Shown piece by piece: positions 28,706 to 38,985 of a stretch of DNA of 64,000 nucleotides. A program made the translations under genes and the position numbers. Under the pieces are notes generated by a model that saw nothing but the letters and a program-made list of their open reading frames with translations, searched no databases and was not told where the DNA came from. The stretch lies in assembly GCA_963743305.1 (NCBI GenBank), contig CAVUPH010000014.1:224001-288000 (forward strand), written 5' to 3'. This DNA comes from an uncultured delta proteobacterium (GTDB lineage: Bacteria; Desulfobacterota; RBG-13-43-22). Each line of letters begins with the position of its first letter. The first letter of the stretch is position 1.

Positions 28706-30535
28706 CTATTCCACGGTTACGCTCTTAGCCAGGTTTCTGGGCTGATCCACATCCGTGCCCCGCAGCACGGCGACGTGGTAGGCCAGAAGCTGCAGCGGGA
28801 TGGTGAAGAGGATCGGGGAAAGCGTCCAATGGATCTTAGGAACCCGCAGCAGGTCATCCGCTCCGATCCTGAACCCGGCTCCTTCCTCCTGATCGGTCAG
28901 GGCGATGATCTTCCCGCCCCGGGCCTTGACCTCCTGCAGATTGCTTTGCACCTTTTCCAGGATCTCGTTTTCCGGCAACAGAAGCACCGTGGGCAGGTCC
29001 TCGTCAATTAGCGCAATCGGACCATGTTTCATCTCCCCGGCCGGATAGCCTTCGGCATGGATATAAGAAATTTCTTTGAGTTTTAAGGCCCCCTCCAGGG
29101 CGATGGGGTAATGAATCCCCCGTCCTAGAAAAAGAAAGTCCTGGGCCTGAAAGTACCTTTGGGCCACCGCCTGAATCAGCCCTTCTTTTTCCAGGATCTC
29201 CTCGACGCCGCGGGGCAGAAGCAACAGGTCCCGGGCGACCCGGAGGCGCTCTTCCGCTGAAACGCAGCCGAGCTCCTGGCCGATATGCAGGCTCAGGAGC
29301 GTTAGGGCGACCAATTGGGTGGTAAAGGCCTTGGTGGAGGCCACCCCGATCTCCGGTCCGGCGTGAGTATAAATTACCCCATCCGCTTCCCGGGCCAGGG
29401 TGCTGCCCACCACGTTGCAGATGGCCAGGATCCGGGCGCCCTTGGCCCGCCCTTCCCGCATAGCGGCTAGGGTATCGGCTGTCTCGCCGGATTGGGAGAT
29501 CAGAATAATCAGGGTCTGGGGATTGATGATCGGGTTCCGATAACGGTATTCGGAACCGTAATCCACCTCCACTGGGAGGCGGCAGTATTCCTCAATAAGA
29601 AACTTGGCCACCAGTCCGGCATGCCAGGAGGTCCCGCAGGCCACAATAACCACCCTGCTGATCTTCCGGAGTTCCCCGGCCTCCAGCCCGAACTCCGGCA
29701 GCGTCACCTGCCCGGTTTCCGGTGAAATCCTACCTCGGAAAGTATCAATGATGCATTGGGGTTGCTCAAAAATCTCCTTCTGCATGAAGTGCTTGAAGCC
29801 GGCCTTCTCGGCCATAACCGGGTTCCAGGAAATCTTCTGAACCGGTTTTTCAATTTTTTCTTTTTTCCAGTTGAATATCGCGGGATGAGGCAAGGTCAGG
29901 ACGGCCAGGTCCCCATCTTCCAGGTAAATGACCCGGTCGGTATGATGCAAAAAAGCCAGAATATCGGAAGCTACGAAAAGCTCGCCTTCCCCAAGCCCGA
30001 GGATCAGCGGGCATTCTTTCCGCACGGCAATCATGGTCCGGGGGTCTTTTTGATGGAGGATCACCAGGGCATAGGACCCCTTAATATCCTCCAGTGCTCT
30101 CCGGACCGCCTGAACCAGGTCCAGATCCCGGGCGTATTTATCGATGAGATGCGCCACGATCTCCGAATCGGTTTCCGAAGAAAAGCGATGCCCTTCCCCC
30201 ATGAGTTGATTTTTCAACTCCAGATAGTTCTCAATGATCCCGTTGTGGACCACGGCGATTTGTCCGGACACATGCGGGTGGGCATTGGTTTCCGAGGGCC
30301 GTCCATGGGTGGCCCAGCGGGTATGACCGATACCGATTCGACCGACCAGGGGATCACGGGCCAGGATCGCCCCCAACTTGTTTAATTTGCCCTCGCTGCG
30401 GCGAATGGCAAACCCTTCATCCTGAATCACCGCAATCCCGGCCGAGTCATACCCCCGATATTCCAGGCGCTGCAACCCCTCATAGATGATCCCCACCGGA
30501 TCCTTTGGCCCTAAATATCCTATAATCCCACACAT
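28706..30535 (-). CDS. glmS: Glutamine-fructose-6-phosphate transaminase
   Basis: MCGI, RLEYRGYDSAG, GHTRWATHG, SQSGETADT, PRNLAKSVTVE. Confidence 0.99.
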   Translation of the reverse strand: MCGIIGYLGPKDPVGIIYEGLQRLEYRGYDSAGIAVIQDEGFAIRRSEGKLNKLGAILARDPLVGRIGIGHTRWATHGRPSETNAHPHVSGQIAVVHNGIIENYLELKNQLMGEGHRFSSETDSEIVAHLIDKYARDLDLVQAVRRALEDIKGSYALVILHQKDPRTMIAVRKECPLILGLGEGELFVASDILAFLHHTDRVIYLEDGDLAVLTLPHPAIFNWKKEKIEKPVQKISWNPVMAEKAGFKHFMQKEIFEQPQCIIDTFRGRISPETGQVTLPEFGLEAGELRKISRVVIVACGTSWHAGLVAKFLIEEYCRLPVEVDYGSEYRYRNPIINPQTLIILISQSGETADTLAAMREGRAKGARILAICNVVGSTLAREADGVIYTHAGPEIGVASTKAFTTQLVALTLLSLHIGQELGCVSAEERLRVARDLLLLPRGVEEILEKEGLIQAVAQRYFQAQDFLFLGRGIHYPIALEGALKLKEISYIHAEGYPAGEMKHGPIALIDEDLPTVLLLPENEILEKVQSNLQEVKARGGKIIALTDQEEGAGFRIGADDLLRVPKIHWTLSPILFTIPLQLLAYHVAVLRGTDVDQPRNLAKSVTVE

Positions 30536-30550
30536 AGTGACTCCTGATCC

Positions 30551-31555
30551 TTATGTCTTAATAACAGGAACGTCCGTTTTCCGAGCGGTTACCCTTCGAT
30601 CCTTGATATGGGAAAAAGGAGGCACGCTGACGCTCTCATCCAGAACTGCATTTTCAAGGATTACCTGGGAAGACACCAGACAGCGTCTGCCAATGCGTGT
30701 TCGGCCTGCGATAACCGTGAAGGATCCAATGGTGGTGTCCGGTCCGATTTTAACGGTCTTTTCGATATAGGTATTTTCCGGATCCAATAAAGTGACCCCT
30801 TGTTTCATCCATTCCGCGTTGATTTGCCTTCTCAGGATCTGGCCGGTTCGGGCCAATTCCGTTCGATCATTGATCCCCAGTACTTCCTCGGATTGAGGAT
30901 GGAGCAGCACCGAAACCGACTGCCCGGATTCCCGGGCTAGTTGGATGACATCGGTCAAATAATATTCCCCCTGCCGGTTTTTTCGGGAGAGCTTAGGCAG
31001 GGCGGCAAAAAGAAATCCGGAGTCAAAGCAATAGATCCCGGCATTCACTTCCTGAATCAGACGTTCTTCCGGGGTGGCATCTTTTTCCTCAACGATTCGC
31101 TTTAGCTCGCCCTGGGGATCCCGGAGGATGCGACCGTAGCCCAGCGGCTGAAGTAATCGGGTGCTCAACAGCGTAACCGGGGATTTCTTCTTCCGGTGGG
31201 TTCGAATGATTTCTCCCAGGGTCTCCTTCTTGAGCAAAGGAACGTCTCCGGACAAGACCAGGATTATTCCGGGAAAAGAAGACAGAACCCTGGAGGTCTG
31301 CCGCACCGCGTGGCCGGTCCCCAACTGGGGGGTCTGGATGACGAAGGTCAAACCCGGACGGTCAAAAGCCTGGCGCACCTGTTCCGCCTGGTGGCCGATG
31401 ACCACCACCGTTTTTTCGGGCCTCAGAGCGTTGGCCGCGTCCAAAACGTAGCCTAATAACGGCCGTCCCAACAAAGGATGGAGGACTTTGGCCCGGTCCG
31501 ATTTCATCCGGGTCCCTTTTCCGGCCGCTAAAATGATAATCGCTAAGGAAGACAT
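30551..31555 (-). CDS. glmU: GlmU-family uridylyltransferase with shortened hexapeptide domain
   Basis: LAAGKGTRMKS, QLGTGHAV, GYGRI, EEKDA, EYYLTD; only a few hexapeptide turns follow; 334 aa. Confidence 0.85.
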   Translation of the reverse strand: MSSLAIIILAAGKGTRMKSDRAKVLHPLLGRPLLGYVLDAANALRPEKTVVVIGHQAEQVRQAFDRPGLTFVIQTPQLGTGHAVRQTSRVLSSFPGIILVLSGDVPLLKKETLGEIIRTHRKKKSPVTLLSTRLLQPLGYGRILRDPQGELKRIVEEKDATPEERLIQEVNAGIYCFDSGFLFAALPKLSRKNRQGEYYLTDVIQLARESGQSVSVLLHPQSEEVLGINDRTELARTGQILRRQINAEWMKQGVTLLDPENTYIEKTVKIGPDTTIGSFTVIAGRTRIGRRCLVSSQVILENAVLDESVSVPPFSHIKDRRVTARKTDVPVIKT

Positions 31556-31607
31556 AGTTTTTTTTAATGCCGCTGGCTAAAAAAGGCAAGGCAAAAGAAA
31601 GAATCCA

Positions 31608-33368
31608 TCAACTTACGGGCCGCAGGATGATAAACCCGGAAATAAATCTGGGGTCTGCTTTTCCGCCGGACGGGATCCCTCCCAGTTCGGCCTTCAGTTT
31701 ATTAATCAAGAACTCTAACCACCAGCGTAGAACTTCCTCTTCAGTGGGCGATAACTCCGGCCCCTTATCCGTGAATAAGCGATATCCGAGCTGAAATACT
31801 TTTGACTCGGCTGTCAGAGGAAGTCCGGCTTCCGGGTTTTGCTCAAAAAACAGACCCTTCACCCGCTTCCAATCTTCAAGGGTCAGCGGTTGCAACACGG
31901 TCTGCCCGCGCAGCATCCGGTTAGCCAAGACGGTCAAACAAACAGCGCTGAGTGGGGGGTCGGGTTGATAAAGAGAAACCGTGGAAAGGCTGTTGATCTC
32001 CCCAGGGGCGACCCCCAGGCGCTGGGAGATCAATCGGCCCAGGGCGGCCAGGTTATCCAGCAACGCCCCGGTCTCGGCGAGTGCCCTCAAGTCCTGGAAA
32101 GGATGGTAATTCCCACCTCCAGATTGATCATAATAAAGCGGCCTTTTAAAAAAAAGGCCCCGGATCGTTTCCTTGAAAGGCGAATCCAGCACCTCCTCCC
32201 GCAGAAGGATATCCCGGTACCATTCCCCTCTGCGAATAATGGCTTCCGCCCGGAATTTCAGTTCCAAACCCAGGCTGTGCCCGGTTTGAAAAATCCGGAG
32301 GAGGGGGATACGCCTCAGGATCTCCCCGGCCGATCCCAAATCATCCCGACTTAAATGACGCAGCCCCAGATCCAGGAATTGAAAGGCCTTTTGGACCGAT
32401 TGGTAGATCGGCGCCGGCTCATTCACCTCCGCGCCGTCGGCCACCAAGAGGTGATTGGCCAGGTGCGCCAGTTCCCATTTGATTCGAGTGATCTCCCCTT
32501 CCTCCAACCCCCGGTTCAAGGCGGCATAAAGGAAAGTCCCCTCCCCGGCGGCTTCGAGGTGACTGGGAGGATAAAAAGAGGCCTCCGGTAGCGACCGGTC
32601 AGGAAATCTCTCCTTCCGGACCTGATCGCTGGGAACATACTGGTAGATTTCCAGGGCCTCATAAAACTCGGGAAAACCCCGGTCGGCCAATCGTCCCCGG
32701 CGCCACTGAAGGGCGGTCTCTTCTTCTTCCAGCGGCAGGCGCAGGTGGACCCATTCCAAAAGATTCTGATAATAGAGGGGGTCATCGACACTCAGGAATT
32801 TCAGAAATCGGGTTATTAGAGGCGCATCCTTTCCACTCAGAAATTGCACATAATAATAGCCGTCCAGAGTAAAACCGTTATTATCCAGGGATTCGCCTAT
32901 TTCATCGTCCAGACTTTCCATTTTGACGACTCGGATCAGCTTCTGAAAAAGGGCCACGAGTAACTCGGAATCCACGGTGTCAAAAAGCTGTCTAAGTTTT
33001 TCCTCCCCGCAGGCCTCCAGCGTCTCCAGCCAAACGATGCTATTCTCCTGATTCAATTGATCTTTTTTCCAGAGGTCCAGGTCCAATAAATGGACGATTT
33101 GCTCCGGGGTGGCCAGGGAAATCAAATCAACGCTCTCCTTAATTCCCAACCCTTTGACGGTGAGGAACAGATCGGTTTCCGGGATCTGAGCCACCAGCTC
33201 CCTCGGATCGGGGGATTTCAAGATAGATTCTAGCCGCTCCTCAACGGGCAAAAAAAGAATGGCCCGGGTTTCTTCCGTTGAAGGAAAATAGCTCTGATCC
33301 ACGAAAGGAAGTTCGGCGTCAAACCCGGCGGGTTCATCGTTAACTTGATTTTTTTCTTTTTCCGGCAT
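31608..33368 (-). CDS. DUF6178-like conserved protein
   Basis: LLDLDLWKKD, TLDGYYY, WRRGRLADRGF, LAHLAN, FQTG motifs, recalled from deltaproteobacterial DUF6178. Confidence 0.7.
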   Translation of the reverse strand: MPEKEKNQVNDEPAGFDAELPFVDQSYFPSTEETRAILFLPVEERLESILKSPDPRELVAQIPETDLFLTVKGLGIKESVDLISLATPEQIVHLLDLDLWKKDQLNQENSIVWLETLEACGEEKLRQLFDTVDSELLVALFQKLIRVVKMESLDDEIGESLDNNGFTLDGYYYVQFLSGKDAPLITRFLKFLSVDDPLYYQNLLEWVHLRLPLEEEETALQWRRGRLADRGFPEFYEALEIYQYVPSDQVRKERFPDRSLPEASFYPPSHLEAAGEGTFLYAALNRGLEEGEITRIKWELAHLANHLLVADGAEVNEPAPIYQSVQKAFQFLDLGLRHLSRDDLGSAGEILRRIPLLRIFQTGHSLGLELKFRAEAIIRRGEWYRDILLREEVLDSPFKETIRGLFFKRPLYYDQSGGGNYHPFQDLRALAETGALLDNLAALGRLISQRLGVAPGEINSLSTVSLYQPDPPLSAVCLTVLANRMLRGQTVLQPLTLEDWKRVKGLFFEQNPEAGLPLTAESKVFQLGYRLFTDKGPELSPTEEEVLRWWLEFLINKLKAELGGIPSGGKADPRFISGFIILRPVS

Positions 33369-33512
33369 AGAGAATTCTACTATAATTGAGGCCCGCCCGG
33401 TACAAAGAGAAGAAGTCCCTCAGGCCATAGACTCTTCACCGCGGTGTGAAAAACCATTTCTCCGAAATCCAGGCGGCCCCAAAGGCTTGGGTTTGGACTG
33501 CTTTACTATATT

Positions 33513-35132
33513 ATGCGTCATCTCTTCAAAGGCTGCAATAACCATCTGCTCATCTTATTGAGTTATTCCCTTTTGACTTTTCTCTTTACCTATCCTTTAC
33601 CTGTTCAAATGGGAACATCCCTTTATGGGCATGAATTGGTCGGCTTCAATGTCGACCCCTATGCCGAGATGGAACGTTTCCAAAGGGTCAAACAAACCTT
33701 TCTGGCCACCGGAAAGCTTTGGTTTTCTCCTTTTATCCACCCCCTGGTGGCAGTTCCCGGAGCACTCTTAACCGAGGCTTTTGATGAGGTTGTTGCTTTT
33801 AATCTATTACTCCTAATCAGTTTTCCTCTGGCCGGGTTTTTTACTTACCTCCTCGCGTATCAGCTTACTCAAAAACCCTTCCCTTCCTTTTTTGCCGGCC
33901 TGGTTTATTCCTTTTCCCCTTACCACTGGGTCCATGCCTATTATCATTTGAGCCTTTCTCAGATCCAGTGGTTCCCCCTCTATTTGTTGAGCCTTATTCT
34001 GTTTTCCCAAAAAAAGTCTTTTCCCCGAGGCCTCCTGGTTATGGGTTCTCTGCTCGTCCTGGTCTTGACCAACTACTATTATGCCCTCTTCGGCCTGCTC
34101 CTGACCATTCTGTTTATCCTCTATCACGGGGGGTTCCTTTATGTGAACCGGGGTCAGAAGGTTTTCCCGCACGCTTCTTTCTGGGTCCTGCTGGGAGTCT
34201 TGACTTTGGCCGGCCTGCTATTCTCATTATATTTCTATAATCATCTGGTGCTGATTTACCATAACCTGCCCTCTTTCAGCGCCCGTTACCCGGATCTCTT
34301 TCGGTACGGCTCCCGACCCTGGGGATTTATTGTCCCACCCCAAGACAACCCCTTCTTAGGCTGGATTGGAAAGAACTACATCCATTCCCGACTGGAAGGG
34401 GGGACTTTGGTCGAGCATACCTTGTACCTGGGGTTGGTCCCCCTGCTCTTGTCCATTCTGGCAGTATATAGCGGGCTCCGGGGAAAACCAAAGCCCTTCG
34501 CTCAAAGTCCTTCCTATTATCTCGGCTTTTTCGGAATCCTATTCATCTTGGCCCTTATTTTTTCCCGGCCTCCGCTGACCACCGTTGGGGGGTTGAAGAT
34601 TCCCCTGCCGGCCTACTACCTTTACCCGGTCTTCCCCATGTTCCGTTCCTATGCCCGCTTCGGCCTTTTGGCCTATCTGGCCCTGGCCCTTCTGGCGGCG
34701 GGCGGCCTCACCCTGCTCCAGACCCGTTGGCCCAAAAACTATTGGATTCCGGCTTTAGCCTTTCTTTTGCTGGTCATCGAATATGCCAATCTTCCCCCCT
34801 GGCGGTACCGGCCCATCCTCCCCACCCAAGCCCATCGGTATCTTGCTGAAAAGGTTAGGGATGTGAAAGTGGTCGATTATTTTCCACAAAAATTTTATGA
34901 CCTCCCGCCCATCCGCAAGCGGATGAACAACCATTTGCTGACGGGCCGGGAAATGGCGGCCTTTGCCCTGGTCAATCTTTCTCGGCCTGACCTCTTCCCA
35001 AGACTACGCCTCCAAGGAGTATCTTATGCCATCTTCCCTCCCGATCGCCTCGGACTTTTAGGTGAGAAAGGGCCCCCTCCGGTGATGCGTTTCCCGGATT
35101 CGGTTCTCTTCCGAATCGATCCCTTCCCTTAA
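33513..35132 (+). CDS. Multi-pass membrane protein, GT-C glycosyltransferase-like (YfhO-related)
   Basis: About a dozen hydrophobic segments; YLL..LT......AG..YSFSPYH, YLG, FR.YARF patterns; soluble C-terminal domain. Confidence 0.65.
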   Translation: MRHLFKGCNNHLLILLSYSLLTFLFTYPLPVQMGTSLYGHELVGFNVDPYAEMERFQRVKQTFLATGKLWFSPFIHPLVAVPGALLTEAFDEVVAFNLLLLISFPLAGFFTYLLAYQLTQKPFPSFFAGLVYSFSPYHWVHAYYHLSLSQIQWFPLYLLSLILFSQKKSFPRGLLVMGSLLVLVLTNYYYALFGLLLTILFILYHGGFLYVNRGQKVFPHASFWVLLGVLTLAGLLFSLYFYNHLVLIYHNLPSFSARYPDLFRYGSRPWGFIVPPQDNPFLGWIGKNYIHSRLEGGTLVEHTLYLGLVPLLLSILAVYSGLRGKPKPFAQSPSYYLGFFGILFILALIFSRPPLTTVGGLKIPLPAYYLYPVFPMFRSYARFGLLAYLALALLAAGGLTLLQTRWPKNYWIPALAFLLLVIEYANLPPWRYRPILPTQAHRYLAEKVRDVKVVDYFPQKFYDLPPIRKRMNNHLLTGREMAAFALVNLSRPDLFPRLRLQGVSYAIFPPDRLGLLGEKGPPPVMRFPDSVLFRIDPFP

Positions 35133-35154
35133 CCAATATGATCGGATAAATCAC

Positions 35155-35184
35155 TTGACAGCCTTAAGCGGATCTTCCTACTAT
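35155..35184 (+). promoter_or_regulatory. Sigma70-type promoter
   Basis: TTGACA (35155-35160)-N18-TACTAT (35179-35184); predicted start site about 35191. Confidence 0.7.
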
Positions 35185-35190
35185 CATTTG

Positions 35191-35335
35191 AACCTTGTTC
35201 GCTTGGCAGTTTAGGCTCGGGACTCGAGGTCTAGGTGCCTTTGGATAGCCCTCTCGCCGAGACCCGTCGGCCAGACCAAATAGGCGGGGGAACCCACCCA
35301 AAAAGGCGAAGCGTCATTTTATAATGCAGAGGTAA
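35191..35335 (+). ncRNA. Candidate structured RNA (6S-like sRNA or regulatory leader)
   Basis: Starts at the predicted TSS; nested pairings ACCT/AGGT, TTCGCTT/AGGCGAA, CGGG/CCCG, CTCG/CGAG; no ORF. Confidence 0.4.
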
Positions 35336-35357
35336 CCCCATTTCTCAGAGACCCTTC

Positions 35358-36503
35358 ATGCCCGACTATCGACCCAGGATGGATCTGGAATCCGTACTCT
35401 TGGACGACGAATTAATGATCTTTGATCCGGTCCGCGACGAAACCCATATCTTAAACGAAACCGCTGCCGAGATCTGGCGGTTGCTGACCGAGAAAAAATC
35501 GTTGCCCGAAATATTGAATCATTTTTTCGAACACCATGGGACTGAGGACAAGGAAGACCTCCGGAAAATTCTTCAAAGTACCTTGATCCGATTTAATCAA
35601 AAAGGTCTCCTGATCCCAACAGGCCCCTCCAAGTCAAAACAAGAGAAAGACGCTGAACTTGAGGACGCCTTGTCCCGGCAGGAGCGACTGCTGTCCGAAA
35701 CCCCCGACGATCCCCTGGTACTCGGCAACCTGGGGGTTCTCTATATTCAATCGGGTCGCTGGCCGGAGGCCGAAGCGTTACTGGTTCGGGCCCGGGGGCT
35801 GGAACCGACTAATGCAGCCTTGGCCTTTAACCTGGCATCCCTTTGGCATCGCCTGGATCGGTCCGCGGAGGCCTGGGAAATACTGGAAAGAGTCGACTCC
35901 CAGCATCCCGGCAATGTTCACCTCCTGAGCCTTTCCGGAAAGATATTGACGGCCTTGCGCCGTTTGGACAGCGCCGAAGATAAATTCCTTCAAGCCTTGG
36001 CCATTAATCCGGAATTACTCAATCTGTACAATGAACTGGCTTTGGTCTACCTCCTGCTGGACCAACCGGAGGCGGCGGAAGCCCAACTCACGGCAGCCCT
36101 CAAACGATCCCAAGTTTATTCGGATACTTTCCGGAACCTGGGAAACCTCCGTTTGAAAGAAAACAATCCGAAGGCCGCGGAAGGGTATTTCCGGCAGGCA
36201 CTGGAATTAGATCCCGGAGACGTTTTGGCCCGGTATGCATTGGCCTGGATTTATTTCCAGCGGAGGGAGTTCGGCCAAGCGGTTCAGGAAGCGGAGTCCT
36301 GTCTTCAGCAAAGTCCGACCTGGCTGCTTCCCTATGAATTCTTGGTTCAGGTTTATCAAACCCGGGGAGATCGGTTCCAGGCCCTGTTGGTCTATAGCCG
36401 CGTCCGTAGGGCCGTCCCGGATTTCAGTCGGCAAGAGTTCCCTTTCCTGGCGACCCTGGAGCGGGCAGTCCTTAAAAATACCCCTGAGAATAAAAGGCGT
36501 TAA
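35358..36503 (+). CDS. PqqD-family RiPP recognition element fused to TPR repeats
   Basis: N-term about 85 aa LDDELMIFDP..DETHILNETAAEIWRLL.......I...GLL (PqqD/RRE), then TPR repeats (NLGVLY, ALAINP, NLGNL, ALELDP). Confidence 0.85.
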   Translation: MPDYRPRMDLESVLLDDELMIFDPVRDETHILNETAAEIWRLLTEKKSLPEILNHFFEHHGTEDKEDLRKILQSTLIRFNQKGLLIPTGPSKSKQEKDAELEDALSRQERLLSETPDDPLVLGNLGVLYIQSGRWPEAEALLVRARGLEPTNAALAFNLASLWHRLDRSAEAWEILERVDSQHPGNVHLLSLSGKILTALRRLDSAEDKFLQALAINPELLNLYNELALVYLLLDQPEAAEAQLTAALKRSQVYSDTFRNLGNLRLKENNPKAAEGYFRQALELDPGDVLARYALAWIYFQRREFGQAVQEAESCLQQSPTWLLPYEFLVQVYQTRGDRFQALLVYSRVRRAVPDFSRQEFPFLATLERAVLKNTPENKRR

Positions 36504-37773
36504 TGAAACCGGCTGTTGGTTTTATCCGCCACTTGTTTCAGTATATTGCCCAAGCGGATCGGATTGAGTCCTTTCAAGAATTTCTCGGGCGTCCAGAAAA
36601 TGGGCTCTCCTGGGGGGAGCTTTTCCATCTCCTTCAAATGCAGGGCCTCGCACCTTTCACCTATTACTCCCTGCGTGCCCCCGAGTGGCAGTCCCTACTC
36701 CCGGAAACTTTCCTGGCCCGATTAAAAAATACTTTTCGGGAAACCAGCCTCCAAAATTTCTTCCTTCAGCGGGAATTGAAGCGCCTCAACGAACATTTTG
36801 ATCTAGCCCGCTTGATCGTGGTCCCCCTTAAGGGGGCCAGTCTCATCAACCGGCTCTATCCGCTGCCCGGTCTTCGCCCCATGCAGGATATCGACCTGCT
36901 GATTCATGACCGGGACTGGGAAAAGGTCAAGCGGGTTCTGCTTACCGCCGGATATCAACCCCTCTCCGATCTGCCCGAAAAATGGGTTAAGGGTTTTCAT
37001 TTTCATGCCGCCTTTATCCTGCCGGAGCGTAACTTGGTGGTGGAAGTCCACTGGAACTTGACGGATGAACATCTCCTGCCGTTTGAATCAATGGAAGACC
37101 CTCTGGGACCGGGTCTATTTTTCTGAATCCACCAGATCCTGGTTTCTGGCTGACCGGGATCAGTTTCTTTACCAATGCCTGCACCTCTATAAGCACGGGA
37201 CCTTTAATGCCGTGCTGGCTCGGCACCCGATCGCTATGATCTCCTTTTCGAACCGCTAAGCGGAAACCGCCTGATCTGGTTTCTGGATCTCTGGCTGCTG
37301 ATGAAGGGTGAACCCCATCCGGACCTGGAAGGATTGATCCGGGAGGCGCAACACTGGCAAGTGGGACCGGCCCTCCATTCCGGCCTGGTCCTGACTCAAA
37401 ACTTATTCCAGCCCCTTCCTCAGTGGACTTGGCCTTTCGAGCAACCGCTGCCCGCTATCCCACGGGCAAAGTATTTCCTGCTGGCCCGTTTAGCGGACGG
37501 GAGCGGCCAGAGAAAAACGCTGGACCCTGGACCCTGCTTAAACGGCTGCAATCCCTCGATCAGCGCCTCCATGTCCGCCCTGTCCGGGCCCTGGATATGA
37601 TTGACCGCCTCCTTCCTTCATCGGACCAGCGACGGGAGTGGTCGGTGCGGCATTCCAGACGTTGGGTCCCTTTTTTATACCTGTTCGCTTTTCTCCAAGG
37701 ATTGGGTTTTGCTTTTTCCCGGGCCTCAATCCTGATTAAAATGAAAAGATACCGGGGCCTGAAAAAAACATGA
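36503..37773 (+). CDS. NTP_transf_5-family nucleotidyltransferase (three frameshifts)
   Basis: PLKGASL, RPMQDIDLLI, VEVHW, CLHLYKH, RLIWFLDL across fragments; shifts near 37083 (+1), 37228 (-1) and 37526 (-1) repair to 424 codons ending in an ATGA overlap with the next gene. Confidence 0.8.
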
Positions 37774-38951
37774 CCCTCTCCGATCAGCTTGCCAGGGAAA
37801 AATGGGGGGCACGGGCGGGCTATCGCCGGATTTATCTTTTTTTTGGCCACCCCATCGAGTTTTTAACCGACTCCGAGCCCGATTTCAGCGACTTTGATAC
37901 CATCTACCGCCGGTTCCAAAGGGGTCCGGAACACCATTCCTTTAAAGAGGAGATAAATCCTCTTTTTCTTTTGCGTGAGCGGAAGCATTCCGGCTATCTG
38001 CTCTATTTGAATAATCGGCTCTTCCAGGTCCCTGCTCCAACTAATCGGTTAGAGCTGTTTATGTATTTGCTCAATTACCTTTTGGATCGGACAGAGAATT
38101 TCTTTATGGTACACGGGGCGGCCCTGGCGGATCTGGACCATGGACTGATTATCGCCGCCCCTTCCGGTAGGGGAAAGTCCACCTTGACCTTGGAACTCCT
38201 AACCCGGGGAAAAAAATTTCTCTCCGACGAACTGGCCTTGATTTCCGTCCAGGACGGAGGGATCCAGGCCTTTCCCCGCGCCCTGGCCGTCAGCCGGGAA
38301 AATCTGAACAACGTTTTGTCCCGGAGAGGCGAAAGATTCCGTAAATTTTTGCCGGCCCTGGGGCGGGAAGGCCGGATGATGTTCGATGTGGAGGATCTTT
38401 TCCCCGGCCAGGTGGCCACGCACTGCCAACTCCGGAATATAGTTTTTGTCGAGCCCGCGACCCTGACCAAATCGGTAGCAAGCGGCATCCCCCTGGAGAT
38501 CGGGTTCACCGCCCTTCCCGAGGGCCTGTGCCGGACAATGATGGATATTCCGGCAATAAAAAAAGTGGATCAAATCCAGGCATTGCCCTACCCCATCCTT
38601 CGCCTGACCTGTCAAGCAGAAACAGCCCTGATGGCCCAGATCCAGGAGGTAGCGGCGACGCAGGGGGTGGGGATCTGCAGTTATTACCCCGAGGGGAAGG
38701 AAGGGATCGATTACCTGGCCACCCCGGACTTGATTAAATTGAAACCCTCGTCCGGGATCACCACCCTGCTCCGCTATGTCTTAAACATCCCGGCGCTCAC
38801 CCGTTCCTTCAGCGATTCGTCCGGCGGACGTCAGCGCCTCCTGTTTCGATTGGCCCAGACCACCCGAGGCGTTCAGTTTTATCGGCTCACACCGGGAATT
38901 CTTTCCCAAATGACGGACTTGATCGATGGAATTGCCCGGAGGGCATCTTAA
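37770..38951 (+). CDS. HprK-related P-loop kinase
   Basis: VHGAAL..., APSGRGKSTL Walker A, FLSDE, AFPR. Confidence 0.85.
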   Translation: MTLSDQLAREKWGARAGYRRIYLFFGHPIEFLTDSEPDFSDFDTIYRRFQRGPEHHSFKEEINPLFLLRERKHSGYLLYLNNRLFQVPAPTNRLELFMYLLNYLLDRTENFFMVHGAALADLDHGLIIAAPSGRGKSTLTLELLTRGKKFLSDELALISVQDGGIQAFPRALAVSRENLNNVLSRRGERFRKFLPALGREGRMMFDVEDLFPGQVATHCQLRNIVFVEPATLTKSVASGIPLEIGFTALPEGLCRTMMDIPAIKKVDQIQALPYPILRLTCQAETALMAQIQEVAATQGVGICSYYPEGKEGIDYLATPDLIKLKPSSGITTLLRYVLNIPALTRSFSDSSGGRQRLLFRLAQTTRGVQFYRLTPGILSQMTDLIDGIARRAS

Positions 38952-38985
38952 TGGACGGTAATGGAGGATTGTTCGCGAGGTTATC

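Noticed and set aside
30536-30550. glmS ribozyme
   Set aside because: Only 15 nt separate glmU and glmS, and no core motif is present.
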